DNA of 64,000 nucleotides from Naegleria gruberi (Eukaryota): NCBI GenBank assembly GCA_000004985.1, contig GG738857.1. One strand, 5' to 3'. Shown here in pieces: positions 23,361 to 32,522 of this stretch. Position numbers and translations under genes: made by a program. The notes beneath the pieces were generated by a model. It did not search any database. It saw only the letters and a list, made by a program, of their open reading frames with translations, and had not been told where the DNA came from. The number at the start of each line of letters is the position of its first letter. The stretch's first letter is position 1.

Positions 23361-24884
23361 ATGAGTGAGAATAATACACCAAACTTTGACGCATTCTCTC
23401 CAATTGTATTTCCAATGGATCTGCCAACGGCAGGTGGTAGTAATCAAACATCATCATCAGCAGTCGGTGGTGGATCATCATCATTGGGTTTGAATACATC
23501 GAGCAATTTTCTAACACCTTCAGTCTTTGAAACGAATGTAAGAGTTGGCGTTAATCAAACTTCAAGTATTAAACCGATTAGAGCTGTGGGTCTTGATGCT
23601 TTTAATAATGATACTTCATCGGTGCCAATTTCTAATGAAGAATCACCACAAATATTTACACCAGGCATCACAGCTGAACTTTTAAATACACAAACACCAA
23701 GGATTCAACTTTTACCTCCAACTCCAACACCAAACGAAACTCCATTCGCAACCAAGATTGACAATCTTTATCCACAGCAGGTTGATCCATTGAGCAACTT
23801 TGATTTTGGACAAAAGAATCATAGACCTGTAGGTGCTGCAAATATTGTGACACAATATCCTGCCAATACTTTTAATATGCATGTCATGAAGGGTTTCTTT
23901 ATTGATCCAAGTCAAGTTGCCGCAGTTCCACAAGGTATGCCACAAATTCCAGGTCCCAGTAGTGATTCGCCATCGTCACCAACTGGTGAATGTCTTCCAA
24001 CTGGTACTTTACTTTCTGTTATTAGAGGATTTAGTATTGATGATGGAGTTCCAGAAGAACCTGGTGGCAGAGACAATAAGAAACCACTCACTTCACACAC
24101 TGTTCAAGTTAGAATTGCTGACCTAGTTGCCGAACATCCATTAGGTCCAAATCAAACCTACGTAATCAAATGTGTATTATTAGGTTATAAACGATATGAA
24201 AAGGAAGAATTATCAACATTAGAATCAATACCAATTGAAAATATTGATAACCCTGCAGAGTATGAAGAATTTGTCTTTAACAATCTGATTGTTAAACAAA
24301 CAAGTCACAGCAATGGTCAAAAGTTATTCTTGAGATTTAAACTTGAAATTAATTCTGATAGTGGAGAACAAGTATTGGAAGCTTTAGATACTACACACTT
24401 TAAAACAGTCACAAAGAGAGCTGTCATTAAAAGAGGTGTAACTAGGAAATTGAGCGAGCAAAAGAAGACAGCAACTGTATTGACAGGAGCAGAACCAAAA
24501 TACAGTGTCACTTCTGGTGGTCAATTGATAAAACTGGTAACAAATAACATGCCAGAAAAGGTCAGAGTTCAAACAATTGTAGTTAAATTTGGAGAAAAGA
24601 AAGCCAGAAGAGTTCACTCAGCTAGGGATAATGTAATTATTTGTGAAACACCTGAATATCCAAAATCTGACAATGTACCAATTTCTGTTTCATTAGATAG
24701 TGGAGCAACATTTTTCCATTCGTCTGGTGTTAAAATGTCGTTTATTGACCCAACTGATGGATTACCAGATATCACTCCTCACAGTCAAACATTTGTTGTG
24801 AACTTTGCTCAGGCTGCCAGTGACCTTAAACATGACAGAGATGAAGATACCGAACCAAATAATAAGAAAAAGTCTAAGAAATAA
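23361..24884 (+). CDS. Putative DNA-binding transcription factor with an IPT/TIG domain, resembling the Rel/NDT80/CSL family, plus a long low-complexity N-terminus
   Basis: ATG at 23361, continuous 507 aa. The C-terminal block EPKYSVTSGGQLIKLVTNNMPEKVRVQTIVVKFGEKKARRVHSARDNVIICETPEYPKSDNVPISVSLDSGATFF has IPT/TIG character. The upstream beta-rich segment (VQVRIADLV...YVIKCVLLGYKRYEKEEL...LFLRFKLEINSD) is compatible with a p53-like DNA-binding fold, but the family is uncertain. Confidence 0.45.
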   Translation: MSENNTPNFDAFSPIVFPMDLPTAGGSNQTSSSAVGGGSSSLGLNTSSNFLTPSVFETNVRVGVNQTSSIKPIRAVGLDAFNNDTSSVPISNEESPQIFTPGITAELLNTQTPRIQLLPPTPTPNETPFATKIDNLYPQQVDPLSNFDFGQKNHRPVGAANIVTQYPANTFNMHVMKGFFIDPSQVAAVPQGMPQIPGPSSDSPSSPTGECLPTGTLLSVIRGFSIDDGVPEEPGGRDNKKPLTSHTVQVRIADLVAEHPLGPNQTYVIKCVLLGYKRYEKEELSTLESIPIENIDNPAEYEEFVFNNLIVKQTSHSNGQKLFLRFKLEINSDSGEQVLEALDTTHFKTVTKRAVIKRGVTRKLSEQKKTATVLTGAEPKYSVTSGGQLIKLVTNNMPEKVRVQTIVVKFGEKKARRVHSARDNVIICETPEYPKSDNVPISVSLDSGATFFHSSGVKMSFIDPTDGLPDITPHSQTFVVNFAQAASDLKHDRDEDTEPNNKKKSKK

Positions 24885-24892
24885 ATGTAAAT

Positions 24893-26899
24893 TTAAACAA
24901 GATTTAAATTCTTCATATCATCGTCATATTTCTTCAATTCTCTAACCATGTCAATAAAGTTAGAGCTCAGAATAAATCTTGACCATGTATCTTGAACACA
25001 ATTTAAACAGGTTATTTCTACATTATCAAGGATGGTATTTAAAAGGTCAGTGTTGCTGGATTGCCATGATGAATCCCCTTTCTCTGTCATTTCTTGATCT
25101 CCACTTTTGTTGAGATGGGTTTCCACGAGTTGATTGAGTTGCTTAAGAGATCTATCAAACTCCTTCTTTACATTGGATGAAAGATTGAGCTCGAATGGTG
25201 CACCATTGACAATAAAGCTCTCGTTGAGTTTGTGTAATATTTGTGTTTTCTTTCTGATATCCTCAAAGGTATGAGTTGGAAGATTGTTGAAAACCTTATT
25301 GGAAAAGTACAAGAATAAAAAGTTCTCTGCTGAAAACTCCAATTCGCACCATTCTTTGAAATATTTCTGACAAACCTCCTCATTAAACATGACAAAGAGA
25401 ATGACACGAGTATCAACAATTCTTTCATCTTGCTCTTCTGCATTTTCCTTTGTAAGAAATCCAGCTTCAGTGTAGAGAATCTTTCTAATTCTATCATTTT
25501 CCATATCGGAGGATAAATCTCTGAACAAGTTGCTACTACCACTTCTATCAGCAGAATTATTCTTATTCTTGATTCCAATTTTCTTGCCGTCAGAGTTTTG
25601 CCATAAGAAACTTCTAATCAAAGGTATCCATACACTGATGATACTTGTAATGAAGAGAGGAATATTAACCATCCATGCAGCTGCAAAGTAATATTCAGGT
25701 TCTGCTTGGTATTGTGGAATGACACTCATTAAAATAAAGCCAATTAAGAAAATGGCCCAAATTACCACAACAGATACCAACTCTGCCTTGATGCCAAAGG
25801 ATTCCTTGGCATATCTCATTACCTTGTAGAAGAAGAATAGAATGAAAATACCATAGAATAGAATGAGAGAAATTGAACCTGCATATACAGGAATAGTAGC
25901 AGCACAACCCACATTCCAAGTTTCTTGACCTGTCAATCTATTCAAAAACACTCCACAATAAGCCAAAAAGATAATACTGTTCAAGAGGAAAGTGAATAAG
26001 AAAATTTTAGCAGTAAAGTCCTCTCTAGCCAATTTTCTCAATTGCTTCAATCTCTTTTGTCTCTTTTCTGACCATTTCTTACTCTTGGCTGTATTGTCAA
26101 CATTTCCACCTAAATGCAAAGCACTTTTCACTCTCTCCTTAAAACTCTTCGATGTAGAACTATCTCTTTTAAGGTGTGGAATGTTTTGTGAATTTTTTCT
26201 ATCCAGGGCAAGGTCGAATGAACCTGTTGTGGAGACAGTTGCTGGTGAAGCATCTGTTGTTATCTGTGAAAGTGAAGAATTTGCAGTCAACAAATGTATT
26301 TGAGAAGATGATTTGTCAAGCTTCTTTTCCGTTGTTGATGATGTTTCCAAAAGATCAACGCCCATGGAAACTAAATGACTCTTAAAACTATCACCCTGTA
26401 ATCTGTTCATTTCAGAAATATAGTACAATCTGATGCACAAGACAAGGTATGGAATGGCTATCAGTGGAAAGCCATAAAATTGAAAACTCAAATAGAATAT
26501 ACAAGGGAAGGCCTCTCTTTTCACAGCCAACCTCAGAGAAAGTATCGTAAAGGAAAAATAATGTGCAATAATTAATATAAATACAAATAGTGAGGATCTC
26601 GCCTTGACAGGTTGTTTGTTTCTTCTAAAGAAGAATGTTATGAGTGTTACGATTGTATATATTGTGAATGCTCCCCAAATTGCATATGATGTGTACCAAA
26701 CGTATGGTGGATCATCTCGTGTAATCTGTTGATTAAATTGGTCCTGTTGAATATCATAGATTTTTCCAATTTCTTCCAAATTATTCGAAAGTTGAAAATG
26801 ACTCGCCGATGCTGATGATGATGTACACGTGAACATATTCATTATCCTATTCACTATCGATTGTGAAAGGAAATCCATCGTGGTTAATAAATATCTCAT
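24893..26899 (-). CDS. Seven-transmembrane protein with a C-terminal RGS domain (7TM-RGS, AtRGS1-like topology)
   Basis: Continuous 668-aa ORF with ATG at 26899. It has seven hydrophobic helices; three come before and four after a roughly 150-aa Ser-rich loop. The C-terminal RGS box reads CQKYFKEWCELEFSAENFLFLYFSNKVF...ILHKLNESFIVNGAPFELNLSSNVKKEF...TWSRFILSSNFIDMV. Confidence 0.65.
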   Translation of the reverse strand: MRYLLTTMDFLSQSIVNRIMNMFTCTSSSASASHFQLSNNLEEIGKIYDIQQDQFNQQITRDDPPYVWYTSYAIWGAFTIYTIVTLITFFFRRNKQPVKARSSLFVFILIIAHYFSFTILSLRLAVKREAFPCIFYLSFQFYGFPLIAIPYLVLCIRLYYISEMNRLQGDSFKSHLVSMGVDLLETSSTTEKKLDKSSSQIHLLTANSSLSQITTDASPATVSTTGSFDLALDRKNSQNIPHLKRDSSTSKSFKERVKSALHLGGNVDNTAKSKKWSEKRQKRLKQLRKLAREDFTAKIFLFTFLLNSIIFLAYCGVFLNRLTGQETWNVGCAATIPVYAGSISLILFYGIFILFFFYKVMRYAKESFGIKAELVSVVVIWAIFLIGFILMSVIPQYQAEPEYYFAAAWMVNIPLFITSIISVWIPLIRSFLWQNSDGKKIGIKNKNNSADRSGSSNLFRDLSSDMENDRIRKILYTEAGFLTKENAEEQDERIVDTRVILFVMFNEEVCQKYFKEWCELEFSAENFLFLYFSNKVFNNLPTHTFEDIRKKTQILHKLNESFIVNGAPFELNLSSNVKKEFDRSLKQLNQLVETHLNKSGDQEMTEKGDSSWQSSNTDLLNTILDNVEITCLNCVQDTWSRFILSSNFIDMVRELKKYDDDMKNLNLV

Positions 26900-27640
26900 C
26901 TCCTACTATTATACGAAGTGATTTAAATCTATTTTGTTATTATATATATTATTCTACAGTTTGTTCGCTTCTCGAAAAGAAAGTTAGAGGTCAATCAAAA
27001 GGCTCTTTGCAAAAATTCCAACCTCCTCTAGCTATGGTTATAGACTCTTCGCGAAGGTTGTTGTGGGTTTTTTTTCTTGATCTTCTCTTGTTGAAAGATG
27101 AAGATGATAATCAAAGGCCTGGAATGCTGTGCAGCTTTGAATGGATGTTGTTTGGCGCGCAAATTTATGAATAAAAAAAAAGTTGTTTTTTATTATCCGT
27201 TAAAGGAAGCAGAGGCTGCTTTGTTTATATTGTATATTGCAAGGTTGAAGCCGACCGGTTAATTGGACCAATCATTTCATGCATTTTGTGTATTAGATTC
27301 CAATGAATTGAGGATTTTTGAATCAATTGTTGTAAACAGAAAGTAGTGGTTGAATATCGTTGTGTGTTCGGAAAGGAAAGAACAGAGTTGTTTTGATAGA
27401 AGAACTTTACGGAACGAAAATTGAAATTAAATTGAAAGAGATTTTTAAGAAGGTTTCAGGAGTTTGGAGAAGGAGTTTCCAGTAAGAAAGGTGTTGGAAA
27501 TTGAAGCTATTTGACGATTACCTAATTGAATATGATCTCTACAGTGCTTTTACAAAATTCTTATTATTTTTAATAATAATCTAATTCTAAATTATTAATT
27601 AATTATTGAATAATTTAACAAATTTTAAAAAAAAAGAAAA

Positions 27641-29146
27641 ATGATGGGAAATGTGATTTTGGAGTTGGATAGAAATATTTCATCGGAATTTCTAAAGGAT
27701 CAATTTTCAAGGACTTGCAAATTGAATTATTTAAAAACTATAATATTTCAACTTGTTGTGATTAGAGATAAGAAGTGCCTCCCTCTTGTTCAATTATTTA
27801 GTCATGATCGAGGATTTATTGAAAAGATGGTCGAATATCAGGCATTTGCTCTTGGCTATGCTTCAAAAGAAATTAAAAAAGACAAATCGATAGCAGTTAA
27901 GGCATTGAAAACAAGTGGACACTCAATATCTTGTGTCGATGAGTCGTTATATTCCGATCGAGAAATAGCTCTTATTGCACTATCAAGTCATTCCTATGCC
28001 ATTCGTTTCTTTATGGAACACTTTTCTAATGATAAGGAGATAATCATGAATGCAGTTTCGAAATGTGGTAACTTAATTCATTATGCTACATATTGTGATT
28101 TGGATATTATATTGGCTGCTGTGACAACGTACGAGCTTGCATTTGAGCTTGCCGACCCAAAATATTATTTTGATAGAGAAATAATGATGGTAGCGGTTAC
28201 AAGGAATGGAATAACTCTTAGATATGCAAGTGAAACATTACGAGAGGATAGAGAAATAGTTCTGAAAGCTGTGAAAAATGCTGGAGATGCTTTGAGATAT
28301 GCCTTAGTACAAGATAGAGAAATTGCCTTAGAGGCAGTAAAATCTTCTGGTACAGCGCTTCAGTTTGTTGACAAGAATTTCCTTAGCGACTCAGAAATAG
28401 TCATGATAGCTCTTCATTCAAATGGTTCTTCTTTACAGTATCTACCTAAAGAAATGAGAGAAATAAGGGAATATGTTGAAGCTGCAATTTCTGAAAATCC
28501 TCTGTCAATTCAATATGCTAGTGAGGTGTATAAATCAGATAGAGAGCTAGTTAAAAAGGCTATATCCGAAAAGGGAAATATTTTAGGATATGTTGACAAG
28601 AAATTTCTGAAAGATGAGCAAATTGTTTTTTTGGCTGCTTTAAACAATCCTATAACCTTCAAATACGCAGATGAAAGTTTACGGTCTAATCTGAATTTCA
28701 TATTGGACATTATAAGGACTTCAAAGAAAACAAATGTATTAATGAGCTATTTGCCGGCCCCTGGTAGCATTAACATTTATAATGATAGAGAGTTCTATTC
28801 AAAGATTCCTATCGATACACATTTTATTAAGGAGAAAATTAGACTTTGTGGATTCAAGGCTACATTTGAAGAGTTTAGTTACAGTAAGGAAATAATTACA
28901 GAGATGGTCAAAGATTACATGACACTTGCTTTTATTAATGAAGGACTTCAACAAGATAGAGAAATGCTTCGAACTGCTCTTAATCTTAATGGTGAGCTGA
29001 TTAGTGAAATGCCTTTCATTATTGACAACTTGGATATTGAACTGATTCAAGTATCATTAATTTCCCTTCTTTCTGGCAGCGATGATAAAGAAAAGGAAAT
29101 TATCCATCAAACTCTACAATTAATCCAACATTCACAACAACTTTAA
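27641..29146 (+). CDS. DUF4116-type repeat protein
   Basis: ATG at 27641. At least eight copies of an approximately 37-aa repeat occur, for example DREIVLKAVKNAGDALRYALVQDREIALEAVKSSGTALQFV. These match the DUF4116 repeat pattern (REIxLxAVxxNGxALxYA). Confidence 0.6.
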   Translation: MMGNVILELDRNISSEFLKDQFSRTCKLNYLKTIIFQLVVIRDKKCLPLVQLFSHDRGFIEKMVEYQAFALGYASKEIKKDKSIAVKALKTSGHSISCVDESLYSDREIALIALSSHSYAIRFFMEHFSNDKEIIMNAVSKCGNLIHYATYCDLDIILAAVTTYELAFELADPKYYFDREIMMVAVTRNGITLRYASETLREDREIVLKAVKNAGDALRYALVQDREIALEAVKSSGTALQFVDKNFLSDSEIVMIALHSNGSSLQYLPKEMREIREYVEAAISENPLSIQYASEVYKSDRELVKKAISEKGNILGYVDKKFLKDEQIVFLAALNNPITFKYADESLRSNLNFILDIIRTSKKTNVLMSYLPAPGSINIYNDREFYSKIPIDTHFIKEKIRLCGFKATFEEFSYSKEIITEMVKDYMTLAFINEGLQQDREMLRTALNLNGELISEMPFIIDNLDIELIQVSLISLLSGSDDKEKEIIHQTLQLIQHSQQL

Positions 29147-29202
29147 AAGGATACTCATTGTAATGGATAATAATCAACTATTATCAAAATATCAAAAAAA
29201 AA

Positions 29203-30006
29203 ATGAGCGCACAACCTTCACAAATTCTCTACAAGGATCTTTTATCAGGAGATGTGCTCGTTACCAATTATTATAAAATTGAAAAGGTATATCATGGATG
29301 TATCTATCAAGTAAAATCACATTTCATGATCCGAGAACCATCAGCCTTTGATGTATCATCACATTCCGAAGCATTAAAATCATCAGGATCATCAACTCCT
29401 TCATCTCCTTCACCTTCTTCCACCTTCTCTGATATTAAAAAATCTATTCGTTATTCTATTGTGGAAAAATTTGGATATCATGAATGCGCATTGAAAAAGA
29501 AGGAATTTCTCATGATTATGAATACCTACACAAGTACACTCAAATCAATTATTGAAGATACAGGAGATGAGGAGAAACAAAAAGCATTTCTAATGGGAAC
29601 AACACTTTTTATTCAAAGTGTACTGTCAAATTTCAATAATTATAGATTCTTTATTGGACCATCCAATCAAATGAATAAGGGAATGGTCATTGTACAAAAT
29701 TGTGCCAATGATTTACTGACACCAGAATTCTACTACTTTGTTGATGGCTTGAAAGAAGAAGTGTTCCACACCAAACCACATCAAACAAACACCACAACAA
29801 CCAACACAATTAGCCATAGTACTGTATCCTCTCAGAATCCAAACAATCCTCATCCCTATGCAACTCCATCCCCAACAGATTCCATTGACATTACTGGTTT
29901 AAAATCGCCCAATTTTGATGAACTCACCAATACAAGCGATAGCTTTGTTGGAAGTGCATCTAGTACTGGATCCATTCCAATCATTGATCACCATGAGAAT
30001 ATGTAA
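29203..30006 (+). CDS. Translationally controlled tumour protein (TCTP/Mss4-like fold) homologue with an internal Ser-rich insertion and a C-terminal extension
   Basis: The N-terminus ILYKDLLSGDVLVTNYYKIEKV parallels the TCTP start (MIIYKDIISGDEM...). The C-terminal core IGPSNQMNKGMVIVQNCANDLLTPEFYYFVDGLKEE parallels the TCTP GESMDPD...FV.WKHGL block. The match is moderate. Confidence 0.5.
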   Translation: MSAQPSQILYKDLLSGDVLVTNYYKIEKVYHGCIYQVKSHFMIREPSAFDVSSHSEALKSSGSSTPSSPSPSSTFSDIKKSIRYSIVEKFGYHECALKKKEFLMIMNTYTSTLKSIIEDTGDEEKQKAFLMGTTLFIQSVLSNFNNYRFFIGPSNQMNKGMVIVQNCANDLLTPEFYYFVDGLKEEVFHTKPHQTNTTTTNTISHSTVSSQNPNNPHPYATPSPTDSIDITGLKSPNFDELTNTSDSFVGSASSTGSIPIIDHHENM

Positions 30007-30248
30007 CCTATTGTAAAAACTCAAATTAACATGCACATGATGAACCATTTGAATATAAATTAAGGTTTTCCTTGCCATTTTCATCGAATATTCGAACCAT
30101 GTCTCCCCAACGTAACCACAAAACATTGTTGCACCAACATGAACAACTAGATCTTCCACATTGTGTGTTGTATTCCAAGCCTTCAACAACAACAAACATA
30201 AAAACTAACAACGTCCAAAATAAGTGAAATTGAAACCCCCTTTAAAAA

Positions 30249-32325
30249 ATGCACAAAAAAGAACATTCTTCATTCTTCACGGTGGTGCCGAGGAGAGAAG
30301 GCGAAAAACATGATAGTAATGATGATGATGGCTCATCAACGCCAAGCAGTATCATAACAAAGCCTTCATTGTTGACCACGGCTGATGAAGCAAGTAAAAC
30401 GGAATATATTAAATTACATAGTAGAAATTGGTTGGAAGAGAAAATGTTGAAGCTGTGCTCATCGAGAGGAGCTACAATGTTCATTGTTGTAATGGGCTAT
30501 GCATTGGCTTTAATGTATGGATATGCGTCGATGAGTTGGAATGAAAATTTGATTAATATTGGAATAATTTTAGGACAAATCGTGTTGAATCAGAATGTTT
30601 TCATGTTCTTGTTTAAAGTGGATCAATTCTTGAGGATTGAAAATGGAGATAGACTAAAGATGGGATGTTTATTGATCTTATTGACAATAAGGTTCTTTTT
30701 ATTTGAAAGAAATAAGATTCTCTTTGTGCCAACCATGTTAATGTATATATTTGGAGGAAATCTTGTTTATTTGGAATCAACATTCTATGGACTCTTACCA
30801 ACGTATTATTTGTGCTCGCTCTACGTTTTGACTGGATCTTGGCGTGGTTATTTTCATTATTTGGAACATGGATTGGATAAAGAGCTAGTTGATATTTTGA
30901 TTGAGTGTTTTGGGTTGGCTTCTTGTTTATGGATTGCAACATTTTATCTTGTAACAACTACAGGATACTTGACAATCAAAGTTTCAAAACTAGAAGAAAC
31001 TAGAGCAAAATTGGAGGATGCTTTGTCGATTAGAAATACTTTCATGAGCCATATTTCACACGAATTTAGGTAAGACTTTTCTTTTATTAAGTGCTTATTA
31101 ATATGTGAAATTATTGAAACAAGATGTCCAATTCAATCAAGTATGGGATGTCTTCAATTGCTGAAAGAGACTGAATTGACAAAGAAACAACAAGAACTTG
31201 TGGATACAGTCACATATTCCAATAGTGTATCACTACTTCTTATTGAGGATATTTTGCGCCTGGTTAAAATTGAACATGGAAGAGATGATAACCTTGAATG
31301 TCAACATATTTTTGATATCGGAAGAGCTGTAGGAGTGTTGGACAAAATGGTTTGTGGATATGCACACCAATTTGGAGTCAATTTGAAATTAACGTGTGAA
31401 TCGCTTAACAATCTAGTAGTTCGATCCAGTCAGTCTCAACTACTCCAGATATTGAGTAATTTATTAACAAACGGTATCAAGGTAAGTGTTCTAATGAATC
31501 AGAAATAGGCTCACTTAGTAAAGGCCTCAAATCCAGATAGTGCAGTAGAATTAGTAGCTAACATTGTTTCAAAAACAGATAATCTGGCAGTAGTTCAATT
31601 CAAAATTATTGATCATGGCAAGGGAATACCTGAAGCTTTGATACCGACCATATTTGAGCCATTTGTTCAATTAGGAAATGTTAATGAGTCCAAGGTTCCC
31701 TCTTCTGGACTAGGATTAACAACAGTTTCTCATCTAGTAAATTCAATGAAAGGAAAAATTGAAGTCAAATCAAAGACTAATATTGGAAGTGAATTTATTG
31801 TGGAATTGCCATTTGATTTGGCATCAACGGAAGCTCAGGAAGATATAGTTCAAGATCCTATTCTAGAACTACAGTTAGCAGTGCCTCAAGAGCAATTAAA
31901 AATAGGAAGTTCTTCAGTTAGCTTGGACGGTGAAATGGACACAACTAGCATTATTGTAGCAGAAGACAATTCAGTGAATAGAAAAGTTATCTTGAAGATG
32001 TTGGAAAGTCTAGGACATAAGGCAGATGCTGTATGTGATGGTGAAGAGTTGGTTCAGCAATTCGATCCACAAAGACACAAAATTGTGCTTACTGACTTGG
32101 TAAGTTTGTTGATTCAAATTTTTTTAACATTCTGAAAAATAGAATATGCCCAACTTGAATGGAATCAAAGCAGCACAAGAATTGAGAAAAAGATTTGGAA
32201 ATGATTTCAAAATTTATCTGCTCACAGGAAATGTCATGGCTTGTGAAGAAGACTATTCTTCAATTATTGACAAGGTGGTAATCAAGCCAGTTTCTAAAAC
32301 AAATTTAAAGCATTTAATATCGTAA
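30249..32325 (+). CDS. Hybrid sensor histidine kinase with a multi-TM sensor, HisKA, HATPase_c and a receiver domain. Four exons.
   Basis: Exon 1 (30249-31069) has at least six TM helices and ends in the H-box SHISHEF+ag. Intron 31070-31123 (54 nt) restores HEFR-CPIQSSMGCLQLL, which matches the HEFRTPL consensus. Exon 2 (31124-31481) ends in the N-box LLTNGIK. Exon 3 (about 31509-32099) carries the G1/G2 boxes (IIDHGKGIPEA..., SSGLGLTTV) and the receiver start IIVAEDNSVNRKVI...VLTDL. Intron 32100-32142 is followed by exon 4 (32143-32325), NMPNLNGIKAAQEL...YLLTGNV, with stop at 32323-32325. The intron 2/3 boundary (a roughly 27-33-nt candidate at 31482-31508) is uncertain. Confidence 0.75.
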
Positions 32326-32522
32326 ACCCACAAAACTAGTAATTCTATTATTGTAGAATGCAATTGGAAGTTTAAGATCTTGCGGAAAACATTGGTTGTT
32401 TATCATTACAGTGAAAGGTGAAATAAATCACCTCATCAAGGAACTCTATTTACAATATTAGCGTATTATACAATGTAATTATCTCAAAATTATTGACCTA
32501 ATAAAGTTGCAAAATTATAAAA

